Below are positions 23,850-37,361 of a stretch of DNA of 64,000 bases, one piece after another. The first letter of the stretch is position 1; each line of letters begins with the position of its first letter. The translations under genes were made by a program, and so were the position numbers. The stretch is from NCBI GenBank assembly GCA_030390025.1, contig JASTWF010000351.1, positions 248,001 to 312,000 of the forward strand, written 5' to 3'. Under the pieces are notes generated by a model that searched no databases, was not told where the DNA came from, and was given only the letters and a program-made list of their open reading frames with translations. This stretch comes from Squalus acanthias (taxonomy: Eukaryota).

Positions 23850-26800
23850 CACTTTAGTTCTGTATCTGTCAGTATCTAGTACTGTGTGTGTGGGTGAATA
23901 GTTCTGTATCTCTCAGTCTCTGGTGATTTATGTAATTGTGGGAATCATTCTCAATCTCAGTCTCTGTTACAGTATGTGAATGTGGGATTCATTCTGTATC
24001 TGTCAGTCTCTGGTACTGATAGTTATTGTCGGATTAGTTCTGAATCAGTCTGACTCTCGTACTGTCTTTCAGCGAAGGATTCTGCATGAATCTGCTACTC
24101 ACTCGATTTATGAAAGTGGGATTCGTACTGCATCTAGCAGTCTCTGGTCCCTGATGTTAGTTTGAGATTCATCCCATTTATGCTAGTATCTGGTACTGTA
24201 TGTGAGTGTGAGACTGAATCTATCTGTAAATTAATTGTGCTGCATGTGATTGTGTACTAATCCTGTATCTGCAAGGCCCTCTGATGCTCTGTGTTACTGT
24301 AAGATTCATTCTCTGACTGTCTGTCTCTGTTCTGTATGTGCGTGTTACAGTAATTATATATCTGTCAATTTCTGGTACTGCATGTTGGAGTGAGATTCAT
24401 TCTGCACCAATCAGTCTTTATTGTCGGGTTAACTTTGTCTCTATCATTTGCTAGTACTGTGTACGAGTGTATATTAATTCTGTGTCTATCACCATCTGAT
24501 AATCTGTGTCAGTGTGAGATTCATTATCTTTCTCTGCCAATCTGTGATACTGTATGTGAGATTGAGATTTATTCTATATCTGTCAGTTCCTAGTATGGCA
24601 TATGAGTTTGGGATTTATTCTGTACCTGTCAGTCACTGATATTGTATGTGAGAGTCAGTTTAATTCTGTCTGCCACTATCTGCTACTGTATGCGAGTGTG
24701 AGATTCTTTCTGTGCATATGTTAGTCTCTGATGCCGTATGTGAGTGTGAGATTTAGTCTCTCCCTGTCAGTCTCTGATAATCTGTTTCAGTATGGATTGA
24801 TTCTGTATTAGTCAGTCTAGGATAATCTACGCGACATTGAGGTACATTCTGTATCTGTCAGTCTCTGGTATTATGTTTGAAAGTGAGATTCATTCTGTGT
24901 CAGTCCTTAATACTTTGTATCAGATTGGGATTCATTTTGTCTCTATCATTTTCTGGTTCTGTATATGAGTGTGGAATTCATTCTGTACCTGTCTGTCTCT
25001 GATTCTCTGAGTTAGTGAGAGATTCATTCTATCTTTGTCAGTCTATGTTTCTGTATGTGAGAGTTAGAGTAATTCAGTATCTGTCAGTCTCTGGAATTGT
25101 ATGAAAGTGTGGGATTCATTCTGTATGTGTCATTCTCTGATGCTGTATGTATGAGTAAGATTTATGCTATATATGTCAGTCTCTTGTGGTCTATCTTAGA
25201 ATTAAATTAATTCTGGGTCTGTCAGTCTCTAGCACTTTGTGTGAGAGTTGGAATCATTCTGTATATCTGTCTCTGATACTCTTGTCATTGTATGATTGAT
25301 TCTGTATTTGTCAGTGTCTAGTACTGTATGTGACAGTGAGGTACATTCTCTGTCAGTCCCTGGACTTTGTGTGAGAGTGAGATTAATTCTGTAACAGTCA
25401 GTCTTTAATAATCGCTGTCAGTGTGGGATTCATTGTGTCTCTATCATTTTCTGGTACTGTATGTGAGTGTGTGGTTCATTCTGAGTCTGTCACACTCCAA
25501 TACTCTGTGTCAGTGTGTGATTCAACCTGTACCTCTCAGTCTCTGGCACGTGAATATGGAATTTACTCTGTACCTGTCAGTCTCTGATGAGAGACTGTGG
25601 GTTTTATTCTGCATCTTTCAATTTCTGTTCTGTGAGAGTGGGTTTTATTCTGTTTCTGTCAGTCTTTGCTTTGTGAATGTGGGTTTTAGTCTGTGTCTGT
25701 CTGTCTATACTATTTGAATGCATTTTTTATTCTCTGTCTATCAGTGAGTGAAGTGTGAGTGTGGGTTTTATGCTATAACTGGCTGTTTCTGGTTTGTGAT
25801 TGTGAGTTTTACTCTGCATTAATCAGTCTCTGGTTTGTGAATGTGGGTTCTAATCTGTACCCATCGCTCTCTGGTATGCTGGTAGTGGTTTTACTCAGTA
25901 CCAGTCAGTTTCTGATACATGAGTGTGTGTTTTGCATTCTACCTGTCAATTTCTGCTACGGAAGAAAAGGTTCACTCCGAATCTGTAAGTTTCTTGTACA
26001 TGAGTGTGGGTTTTCATCTTTATCTGTCAGTCTCTACTATGCGAGTGTCTTTTTCACTATCTTCTTTTTCTGCTATGCAAAGGTATGGTTTATTATGTAC
26101 CTGTCAGCTTCTGGTATGTGAGTGTGAGTTTCTTCTGTATCAGTCAGTCAGAGGTGAGTGTGTGTGAGATTATTCTGTCTCTCTCAGTTTCTGGTATCTG
26201 AGTGTGCGTTTTTCTTTGTACCTGTCAGTCTCTGGTTTGTGAGGACGGGCTTTATTCTGTACATTTTGGTTTCTTGTATATGCGAGTGGATTGTATTATG
26301 TACTTTTTAGTTTTTGTTGTATGTGTGGATTTGTATCAGTACCTGTTAGTTTCTGGGATGTGAGTGTGAGTTTTAATTTGTATCTGTTAATCTCTCGCAT
26401 GTAAATGTGGGACATACTCTGTATCTCTCAGTCTTGGTGTGTGAGTGAGCTTTTTATCCTGTATTTGTCTGTCTCTGGAATGTGTGTGTGGGTTTTGCCC
26501 TGTAAATGTTATACTCTGGGATGTGTGTGTGAGTTTTACACTGTATATGTCATAATCTGGCGTGTGTGTGGGGATTTTACTCTGTATCTGTCATAAACTG
26601 GGATGTTAGTGTGGGTTTACTCTATATCTGTCATTTTCGGGGATGTGTGTTTGAGTTTTACTCTGTATCTGTTAGTCTTTGGTGTGCGCAGGTGGGCTTT
26701 ACTATACATCAGTCAGTTTCTGGTTTCCGAGTGCCAGGTTTTAATCCTTACCTGTCTGTTTCTGGCATGGAAGAGTGGGTGGTCATTCTGTATCTGACAC

Positions 26801-27047
26801 TCTCTGGTGTGTGACTGTGGCTTTATTCTGTATGTATTATGCTCTAGGGGCCGTTTGGCCTACTCCTGCTTCTAATTCTGATATCTCTGAGATGTGAGTG
26901 TGGTTTTTTAACTATAATATTCAGTTTGTTCCACGTGTGTGTGTTTTACTCTGTAACTCTCTTTCTCTGGGATGTGAGTGTGGGTTTTTCTTTGTTACAG
27001 TCACTGTCTGATATGTCATTATGAGCTTTATTTTGTACCTGTGGTTT
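23850..27047 (+). repeat. Degenerate satellite: ~46-bp subtype grading into the 41-bp subtype
   Basis: Units such as GTGAGATTCATTCTGTATCTGTCAGTCTCTGGTACTGTATGTGAGT; paralogous to ~43130-49350. Confidence 0.8.
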
Positions 27048-30000
27048 ACATAGATACATAGATACATAGAAGATAGGAGCAGGAGTAGGCCATCCGGCCC
27101 TTCGAGCCTGCTCCGCCATTTAATGAGATCATGGCTGATCCTCCAATTCAGTATCCCGTCCCCGCCTTCTCTCCGTAACCCTTAACCCCTTTTGCCTGTA
27201 GAAATATATCTAATTCCCTCTTAAATATATTTAATGAGCTGGCGTACACTGCCCTCTGTGGCAATGAGTTCCACAGGTTCACCACCCTCTGAGTGAAGAA
27301 ATTCCCCCTCATTTCTGTCCTAAATGGTTTAGCCCTTATCCTTAAATTATGTCCTCTAGTTCTGTTCTCACCCGCCAAGGGAAACATTCCTTCTGCATCT
27401 AGTCTGTCTAGACCTGTCAGAATTTTATACACTTCTATGAGGTCCCCTCTCAATCTTCTAAACTCCAGTGTGTACATCCCTAAACTACATAGTCTCTCCT
27501 CATAGGTCAATCCCGCCATTCCTGGTATCAGCCTGGTGAATCGCCGCTGCACCCCCTCCATGGCAAGAACATCTTTCCTCAGATGAGGCGACCAAAACTG
27601 TACACAGTACTCGAGGTGTGGTCTCACCAGTGCCCTGTACAGCTGCAGCAAGGTATCCCTGTTCCTGTATTCCAACCCTTTTGCTATGAAGGCCAGCATA
27701 CTGTTTGCCTTCTTGATCGCCTGTTGCACCTGCATGCTCGCCTTCAGTGACTGGTGTACAAGAACACCCAGGTCTCTCTGTACTTCCCCCTCTCCCAATT
27801 TATTGCCATTTAAATAATAATTTGCCCTCCCGTTCCTGCACCCAAGGTGGATAACTTCGCACTTGTCCACATTATAGTGCATCTGCCATTTATCCGCCCA
27901 ATCACCCAGTCTGTCCAAATCGCTCTGGAGCTTCCTGGTCTCCTCCTCTGAGCCCACCCCTCCTCCTAGTTTAGTGTCGTCTGCAAATTTGGAAATGCTG
28001 CATCCGACTCCCTGATCCAGGTCATTAATGTAAATTGTGAACAGCTGGGGACCCAGGACAGATCCCTGTGGTACCCCACTTGTTACTGCCAGCCATTCAG
28101 AAAATGAGCCGTTTATTCCAACTCTCTGTTTTCTATCTGACAGCCAGTTCTCTATCCACGTCAATACTTTCCCCTTTATCCCATGAGCTTCAATTTCCCC
28201 TGCTAATCTTTTATGTGGGACCTTATCGAAGGCCTTTTGGAAGTCCAGGTACACCACATCTACTGGCTCTCCCCCATCTATTTTACCAGTTACTCCCTCA
28301 AAAAATTCCAATAGATTAGTCAAGCACAATTTACCCTTTGTAAATCCATGTTGACTCTGTCCTATCCTGTCCCCATTTGCTAAGTGCTCCGCTATTTCAT
28401 CCTTAATGATGGACTCCAGCATTTTGCCCACAACTGATGTAAGGCTTACAGGTCTGTAATTACCTGCTTTTTCCCTACCCCCCTTTTTGAATAGTGGGGT
28501 AACGTTAGCTACCCTCCAATCCATGGGCACTGTTCCCGAGTCTAATGAATTCTGAAAAATCATACTTAGTGCATCCGCTATCTCTAGGGCCACCTCCTTC
28601 AGCACCCTAGGATGCATGTTATCAGGCCCTGGGGATTTGTCCGCCTTCAATCCCTTTAGCTTCCTTAACACCATATCCTTAGAGATATTGACTTGCGTCA
28701 GTTCCTCCTTTGCAAATGTCCCTATTTTTCCCGATATCCCAGGGAGGTTTTTTGTGTCTTCCTTCGTAAAGACTGACCCAAAGTATGCATTTAGTTGGTC
28801 TGCCATTTCTTTATTTCCCGTTATATATTCCCCCGTATCTGACTGCAATGGGCCAACTTTGGTTTTCACCAGTCTTTTCCTCTTGATATACTTATAAAAG
28901 CTTTTGGAGTTAGTTTTTATATTTTCCGCCAGCTTGCTTTCGTAAGCTATTTTGCCCCTCTTGATTAAGCCCTTTGTCCTCCTTTGCTCTATCTTAAACT
29001 GTTCCCAATCTTCCGCTCTGGCGCTTTTTTTGGCTAATTTATACGCCCTATCTTTGGATTTTATGCTGTCTCTAATTTCCCCTGTTATCCACGGTTGAGT
29101 CACCTTTTTAGATTTCCTTTTATGCCAGATTGGTATAAACAATTTTTGCAATTTTGTCATTCTACCTTTAAATGCTTGCCATTGTTTATCTATCTCCAGT
29201 CCTCCCAGGAACGTTGTCCAATCAGACCTACTCAGTTCCCGTCTAATGGCATCATAATTCCCCTTGTTTAAATTCAGGACCTTAGTATCTGAGTCAATTT
29301 CTTCGCTCTCCATTTCGAGTGAGAAATCGATCATGTTATGATCGCTCTGACCCAAGGGTCCCCGTACAACAAGATTACTAATTAGTCCCTTCTCATTGCA
29401 CAGTACCCAGTCCAATATAGCCTGTTCCCGAGTTGGTTCCTCGACATATTGATCCAGATAACCATCCCTTAAACACTCAAGGAATTCCTCCTCCTCATTA
29501 TTTTTACTGATTAGGCTATTCCAATCTATATGTAAGTTAAAGTCACCTATGATGACAGCTGTGCTCTTATTGCACGCTTCTCTAATTTCCCTCGTGATGC
29601 CCTCCCCAACCTCTATTTTACTATTTGGAGGCCTATATACCACTCCTATTAATGTTTTTCGCCCTCGCTATTTCTTAGCTCCACCCATATAGATTCTGTA
29701 TTAACTGAGTTAATATCCTTCCTTTCAATTGCATTTATCCCTTCTTTTACCAGCAATGCTACCCCTCCTCCCTTTCTTTTTTGTCGATCCTTCCTAAATA
29801 CTGAATACCCTTGTATGTTAAGCTCCCAGCCCTGCTCACCCTGCAACCATGTTTCCGTAATCCCAATTAGATCATAATTATTAACCTCTATTTCCACAGC
29901 TAATTCATCTACCTTGTTCCTGATGCTTCTCGCATTAAGGTATAAAACCCTCAGGCTTTTTTTATGCTCACATTTTTTATGAATTGGTTTGGCCCTTTGT

Positions 30001-30899
30001 TTTTTGTTCCTCACCCTTTTACCATTTATTTCTGTCTGCCTTTCACTTTCCTCTATTTCACTACATAGGTTTCTAGCCCCCTGCCATACTAGTTTAAATG
30101 CTCCCGAACTGCTTTATCAAAAATTACCCCGAGAACATCAGTTCCATCTTTGCACAGGTGTAGACCGTCCCTTTTGTATAGGTCACACCTACCACAAAAC
30201 TGGTTCCAATGCCTCAAAAATTTAAAACCCTCCCTCTTACACCACTGCTCAAGCCACGTATTTAGCCTAACTATCCTGTTCTCTGTACTCTTACTAGCAC
30301 GTGGCACTGGTAGTAATCCAGAGATTACTACCTTCGAGGTCCTACTTTTTAGCTTGGCTCCTAACTCCCTAAATTCTACTTGTAGGACCTCTTCCCTTTT
30401 TTTAGCTACGTCGTTGGTACCAACATGTATCACGACAACTGGCTGTTCCCCCTCCCCCTCCAGAATGTTCTGCACCCGCGCCGAGACATCCTTGACCCTT
30501 GCACCAGGGAGGCAACATACCATCCTGGAGTCTCGGTCGCGACCACAGAAACCCCTATCTATTCCCCTTACAATCGAATCCCCTATTACTATAGCCCTGC
30601 CACTCTTTTTCCCTCCCTTCTTTGCAACAGAGCCAGTCATGGTGCCATGAGCCTGGCTGCTGGTGCCTTCCCCCGATGAGTCATCCCCCCCGACAACAGC
30701 ACCTAAGGCGGTGAACCTGTTGCTAAGGGAGACAACCCCAGGGGATTTCTGCACTACCTTCCTGCCCTTGCTCTGCCTTTTGGTCACCCATGTACTATCT
30801 ACGCTGGCCTTAACCTGCGGTGTGACCAACTCACTAAATGTGTTATCCACAACCCTCTCAGAATCGTGGATGTTCCAAAGTGAGTCCATCCGCAGCTCA
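27048..30899 (-). mobile_element. Young CR1 LINE truncated in ORF1: ORF1 SGNH esterase 30089-30889; ORF2 APE-RT 27148-30014 with one frameshift at ~29662; (TATCTATG)n tail; GTTT TSD
   Basis: ORF1 motifs GDS, HVGTND, DGLHL. ORF2 motifs LNARSI, ITETWL, GDFN, SDH, FADD. The empty site is visible at ~3575. Confidence 0.97.
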
Positions 30900-33800
30900 G
30901 TTTCTGGTATGTGTGAGTGTATTGTATTATATATCTGTCAGTTTCTGTTATATGATTGAGGATTTTACTCTGTCCCTGACATTCTCTGGTGTGAAGTGTG
31001 GGTTTTCCTCTGTCCCTAATCAGAGAGATTTGAGTGTCCTTTTATACGAATCGCAGAAAGTTAACATGCAGGTACAATAATCAATTAGGAATGTAAAGGT
31101 AGGTTAGCCTTTATTGCAAAGCGCTTGCTGTAAAAGAATAAGTAAGTGTTGCAGCAATTATATAGGCCTTTGGTTATATCACAACTGGAAAACTTTACAA
31201 ATTTTGGTCTCCTTATCTAAGGCAGAATTTACATGCTTCAGAGGGGGTACAACAAATGTTCACGAGATTGATTCCTGGGATGAAAGGTCTGTCCTATGAG
31301 GAGAGATTGCCTAAAATGGGCATATATTCCCTGGAGTTTAGAAGAATGAGAGGTTATCTCATTGAAACATTTCAAATTCTTAGTGGGCTTGACAGGGGGT
31401 GATGCTGCGAGGCCGTTTCCCCTGGCAGGAGACTCTAGAAATCGGGATCATAGTCTCACGATAATCCGTCGGCTAATTAGGACTGAGATGATGAGAAATG
31501 TATTCACTCAGAGAGTTGTGAATCTTTGGAATTCTCTACTGCATGGGGCTGTGGATGCACAGTCGATTATTCTGTTCAAGACGGAGATCATAGAATTTTG
31601 GCCACTAATGGAATCAAGGGACATCGGGATAGGGTGGAAAATTGGAGTTGAGGTAGATTTTCTGCCATGATCTTATTGAATGGCGGAGCAAGCTTGAGGG
31701 GCTGTATGACCTATTCCTGCTGCTATTCCTTATCTTCTTATAGCTGACCGTCTCTTGGATGTGAGTGTGGATTTTATTCTGTATCTGCCATCACTGGAAT
31801 GTGAGTGTTCTTTTATTTCACTATCTTCAGTTTCTGATATGCATATCTTGGATTTCTTATGCACCTGTGATCTTCTGGTATGTGAGTTTGAGTTTCACTC
31901 TGTATCTGACAGTCTCTGGTATGTGAGTGTGGGTTTTATGCTGTACCTGTCAATTTCTGTTGTAAGAGTAAAGATTTTATTCAGTACCTGACAGTTTCTG
32001 GGATGGGAGTGTGGAATTTAGTCTGCATCTGTATGTCACTGGTTTGTGAGTAATGGTATTAATCTGTACCTGTTATTCTCTGGTGCCTGAGTTTTGTATT
32101 CCTCTTTATCGTTCAGAGTCTGGAGTGTGAGTGTGTGCTTTACTCTGTACCTGTCAGTCTCTGGGATGTTATTCTGTATCTGTCAGCTTCTGGGGTGCAA
32201 GTGTGGATTTCACTCTGTACCTTTCTGTCTCTTGTATGTGAGTGTGGTGTTATCTCTGTAAATGTCAGTTTCTGGTGTGATTGTGGATTTTACTTTGTAC
32301 CTTTCTGTCTCTGTTTTGTGAGTGTGTGTTTTATTCTGTAGCTGTCAGTTCTGCTACTGTTTGTGAGTGTGGGATTGATTATTTACTTGTTAGACTGGTA
32401 ATGTGTGTGAATGTAAGAATTATTATGTCATTGACAGTCTCTTGTACTGTACTATTCTTGCTCTGTGTGACTGTTGGATTCCAATCCTACTCCACCTTGT
32501 GTAGGCCAATGCTCGGTTGAGATTATCTGTGACTGTCTCAGGAGGAGGTTTGGTTCAGTCCATTACCTCTGATTCTCTAGTCTTGTCTGTTAGTTGTTGG
32601 GTTTGATATTCTCTGTACAGCCAGCAGCGTGGATTGACACCGTACCAGTGTCTATCTGTTTGTGTGTGTGTAAAGGCGTGAAAATGGATCTGCCTGTCAC
32701 GGCAATATGACTGGACTTTGAAACAACATCTTATTCTACTGCTGCAAGTGAGAGGGGAATTCATAATGTAAAACTGGGAATTCGGGTCACTTTCTGGCTG
32801 ACTGTTTCTGCTGCCAGTGATAATTGGATTAAGGCCAGTTCTGTGTCTCTGTGCTCTGTGACTGATAATGTACTTACTGTGTGTGAGAAGGAGCTGCCTG
32901 CACTGTTCCTTGTGTTCCGGGTGAAGGAAAGATCACATTTATTATGGCTCTTTGCAGTATTTTGCTATGAGAATAATAATACGAGAACAATATTAGTGAT
33001 AAGATAACGACAGATTCCGGGAGAATATAAAAATACAGTTATAATTAATGTGTCTATTTATAATGAAGTAAATTATCTGGAGACTGGAGACCGCGATACA
33101 AACATTGTCTGACCTCACTGCAGTACAGCGGCACTGGGAATCTCCACACCAGGTGTGTAGGACGGTTCTATAATAAGTTATCAGCATCCAGACACAACCC
33201 AAACCCAGCACTGGACCATGAATTGGATCACCCGATTGCATAGTCCAGAATTTAATTTCCCATTCCAATGGAGCTACCTGTAAAATTCAGAATGTCTTCC
33301 TAGAATATAACCACAGGTACCAGGGCTGTACAAACAATTGTTTTCAGTCTAATGAAACCGAGTTGAGGTCCTGTGTAGTTAACAGAATGTCACGGAGCCC
33401 GGATCCTGATGTATCTGAGGGATCTGCAATGTATCTCTCGATCACCAGCAGCACGGTTCTGGAGAACTCAACGCATCGGAAGTAAATATCCGATTTTTGA
33501 AATGTATTTTTTCACACTTCTCACCTGCTGCCTGAAGTAGATGCACTTTGTGAAACTGCTCACATCCTCACTGTCCGGCTGTGTTTCCACTGTTCACTGT
33601 CCAACAACAACAGACACGGTATGATTGGAACTGAATCAGGAACATCCAATACTGATTTGGGGAAAGAAAGCAGGAATGATTTGAAAGAGCGAAGTGATTT
33701 ACTTTCTATGTTACCTTACACTGTACACACACAGCCCGAGAATGACTTCTCCCTTCCCCCACTCACTCCATGTTCCGGAACTAGTTCAGCTCCACTCTGC

Positions 33801-35603
33801 CTCTTTCAAACATTCCCCGGCTGCCGCTGAACTTGCCCCGACTCAAAGCCCATCTGCGAACACAGTCCCACTGCGATGTGCTGCTGTGAGGAGGCTGCTG
33901 TTTGCTCCCTTACTCGGGCCCGTGATATCTCCGCTCCCTGATGTGTTCAACCATCATCAGCCGAGCACAGAGGAAACGGCCCCCGCTAGCAGAGCTGGGG
34001 GAGGGGAGCTCACAGGGTCCATTCCGGTCGCTTTAAACTCTGTCCGGAGATAGGGGGAGGAGCAGGCGTTACTTATCACGCATGCTCAGACCTTTCTTCC
34101 TGACACACAAATTAAATAAAGCAACAACAACAACAACTTGAATCTGTATAGCTTCTTTAACGGAATAAATCTTCCCAATGAGCTTGAAAGGAGCGTTATC
34201 AAAGAAACATTGTCACCGAGACAGATAAGGAGATATTAGGAGAGGAGGAAGCCACTCTGGACTTACGTCAGTTGCTGCCCGTGAGTGTGAGAGCGAGGAG
34301 AATCCTGTCACTTGGAGCGACTTGTTTCCCAATACTGTATGGAACAATGGAGAGGAACAGGCTCTGTCAATCTCTGATACTGAACTGCTGGTGAGTGGGG
34401 AGTTTATTCAGTCTCTGCCTGTCCACGCTGGGTGAGTAGGCGACAGATACCTGACAAGTTCCCGGGCCTGTGCGATGTCACCCCAGGTGTCTGTCTCTGT
34501 GCCTTGTGTACAGGATCAATCCTCAGTCCCTCGATTCCCCAGCCCTGCCTGTTATATCTGGATAGTTGCTGAACATCTCAGTTTTCGGTCTCTTGAAATC
34601 GAGTTCAAGGCATGTGTGGTGAACAGAATGTCTTATTATTTCTGTGAATAATACTACAATCTAAAAGCAGGCTAGGATCGACACAGCCAAACTGTGACAC
34701 GTTCCTCCCCTAAATCTCGGTAACAGAGAGTGCGTGGAGCGCCTGGCTCAGAGTATGAACTTTAAGGCTGAGACTGTCTTTCTGTCTCTCTCTCTCTCTC
34801 TCTGGTTGCTGTCTCTGGATGTTGAGAGTGGAATGTATGGGACACCAGTTACTCTGCTCTGTTCCTCAGTTTCGGAGAGAGAGACAGGGAAAGGCTAGAG
34901 GGGCGGTGAGATCATCATTTCTATTGTCATATAAATCAAACCTATTTCTGCCTGCGAACAATATAATAACTTCAAACCAGATATGGGTGAACACAGCCAG
35001 AGCTGTGATTGGCTCCTGCCCCTGAATCTGGGGAACAGACACTGTGAGGAGCGCCGGCCTCAGGGTGTTTAACACTGACTGAGCTGGGAAACTGCAACTA
35101 ACCCCGAGAATCGGCAGCACAGGCCGAGCGGAGAGGAAAACCTGTCCTGGGAACTGTAAATCTGGGAACAGATTGTGCTGTGAATGAGCAGAGTGAACAT
35201 TGTGTCAGCGAGAGTGTGTTAAAGGGGCGGGCGGGTTAGACTAATGTCAGTGTGTTTGTGTGTCCGCTCTCGTCGCCGGATTTCAGACACCCTCTGGTGT
35301 AAAATTCAAAGATTTCCCTGTCATAGGATCGCTCTGCTCCCCTGCTCAGTCCCGAAGTGGGAATTAAACGTGAAGTTTTATTTGATTTCAATTTCCAGCC
35401 GAAAAACAGCGAACATTTCCGCGATCGGGTGAGAGAGCGCGATCAGTGCAGCAATGAAACGGCTTTAAATCGAAATTGCTGCAATGAATTCTGATGAAAC
35501 TTTCTCGACAACAAACATCCAGGTATTCGAGACAGAAAGAGACCAGTCTGGGAATCTGGAGTGCCCGAGTTTAATTGGAATCGGAGAGTTAATGAGGAGA
35601 GAG

Positions 35604-35680
35604 AAACACAGAGAGGCTGGAGGGGGTGGGAGCTGACAGCAAGATGTCTCCGCCCCGTCCGCTCGCTGCCTTTAAGTTGC
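35604..35680 (+). promoter_or_regulatory. H1 promoter: H1 (AC) box, GC box, TATA-like
   Basis: AAACACA 35604-35610, CCGCCCC ~35650, TTTAAG 35671. Confidence 0.75.
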
Positions 35681-35754
35681 TCAGTGCCGCCACCTCACGT
35701 TTCATTTCTGACCCAGCTCTGACTGTCAGAGAGATTTTCGACAGAGTCGCGGAC

Positions 35755-36416
35755 ATGACTGAGACTGCAGCCGCCGAAGCGGCTGCTCCTGCCGCCGCCG
35801 CTCAAAGCAAGGCTCCCAGCAAGACGAAGAAGGCGACTCCCCGCTCCAAGACAACCGTCCCACGTTGGGCGAGCAGATCCTCAAGGTTGTGGCGAGTCTC
35901 AGCGGTCGCAAGGGGATGTCCCTGGCCGGGATAAAGAAGGCTTTGGCTGCCAACGGCGTCGATGTGTTGAAGCTCCGGTCCCAGATCAATTTAAGCATCA
36001 AGAGGAAGGTGGGAAACGGCTCCCTGGAGCAGACCAAGGGCAGGGGCGCTGCGGGGTCCTTCAGGCTCGCTAAGAAGGAATCCCAGCGGAAAGAGGGAAA
36101 GAAGGTGAAGAAACCAACAGCCAAGAAATCTGCAGCCAAGAAATCTCCAGCCAAGAAACCAGCAGCCAAGAAACCAGCAGCCAAGAAATCTCCAGCCAAG
36201 AAACCAGCAGCCAAGAAAACGATCACCAAGAAGGCAGCAACGTCAAAAAAGACAGCGAAAGCGGCGGCTGGGAAGAAGGCGGCGGCGAAGAAGCCCAAGA
36301 GCCCCAAGAGGGCCACAGGCGGAATGGTGAAGGTGGCCAAGAAGGTGGAAAAACCGAAGGCCAAGGCCAAGCCCAAATCAGCAAAGTCTCAGAAAGCAGC
36401 GACCAAAACAAAGTAA
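35755..36416 (+). pseudogene. H1: Histone H1 with a 1-bp deletion at ~35857 (pseudogene or assembly error)
   Basis: MTETAAAE... N-tail is in one frame; the globular domain ([13 protein letters not shown]...[13 protein letters not shown]) and K/A/P-rich tail are in another. Restoring ACC GGT CCC joins them. Confidence 0.92.
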
Positions 36417-36447
36417 AAATGACAACTTGTAAACATCTGAACCCAAA

Positions 36448-36463
36448 GGCTCTTCTCAGAGCC
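36448..36463 (+). promoter_or_regulatory. Histone 3' stem-loop of H1
   Basis: GGCTCTTCTCAGAGCC; downstream element AAAAGAGCTG at ~36479. Confidence 0.95.
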
Positions 36464-36577
36464 ACTCACGTCTTTCCAAAAAGAGCTGATCGCGGAATCA
36501 GATGATCCATGTCCCGGGGCCGGACTCAGATTCCCGATTGAATTCATTTCAAATGAAGCCAGGCTCCCTGGTGACTC

Positions 36578-37361
36578 CTGCAAGCGCAGGAGATGCAACA
36601 CCTGCCCTTATACATCCCCCCTTCCCACACTCCAGGGCCCCAAATACCCCTTCCAGGTGAAACAGCGGTTCACGTACACTTCCTGCAATTTAGTATACTG
36701 TATTCGCTGCTCACGATGTGGTCTCCTCTACATTGGGGAGACCAAACGCAGATTGGGTGACCGCTTTGCGGAACACCTCCGTTCAGTCCGTAAGGGTGAC
36801 CCCGAGCTTCCGGTCGCTTGTCATTTTAATTCACCCCTCCACGCCCACTCAGACCTCACCGTCCTCGGCCTCGTTCATTGTTCCACGGAAGCTCAGCGGA
36901 AGCTCGAGGAACAGCACCTCATCTTTCGTTTAGGCACTCTACAGCCTTCCGGACTCAATGTCGAGTTCAACAATTTCAGATCATAACCCCGGCCCCTACC
37001 ACATATATATACATTTTATCCACCCTTTTGGTCCGTGCCTTTTTCCTTTTTTTTCTCTCTCTCCCCCTACGGCAGCTGTCTCTCATTCTGCCAGCATTTC
37101 ACACCTCACCTTTTGTTTCTTAACCTGTCCCATTTCCATCTTGTCTTGCCTTGAGCATCTCTTAATGTCTCTATCCACCATAGACCACCCCTTTTGTTCT
37201 TTTATTCCTCCCCCCAGCCTCCCCCTTGCATTTTTATCTGTTTAATTTCCTGCTCTTCTCTCAGTTCCGACGAAGGGTTTCGACCTGAAACGTTAACTCA
37301 GTTTCTCTCTCCACGGATGTTGCCTGGCCTGCTGAGTTTTTCCAGCGTTTTCTGTTGTTAC
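36578..37361 (+). mobile_element. 5'-truncated Penelope-like element (GIY-YIG end and 3' UTR) with a 12-bp TSD
   Basis: NLVYCIRCSRCGLLYIGETKR...RFAEH...GLN. CCCTGGTGACTC occurs at 36566-36577 and 37362-37373. Confidence 0.92.
37263..37298 (+). ncRNA. Degenerate minimal hammerhead ribozyme motif
   Basis: AGTT-CCGACGA-A-GGGT TTCG ACCT-GAAA-CGTT-AACT; the CUGANGA core reads CCGACGA. Confidence 0.7.

Noticed and set aside
34250..35200. Possible exons or snRNA upstream of H1
   Set aside because: Isolated GTGAGT motifs only; I could not recognise an ORF or RNA family.
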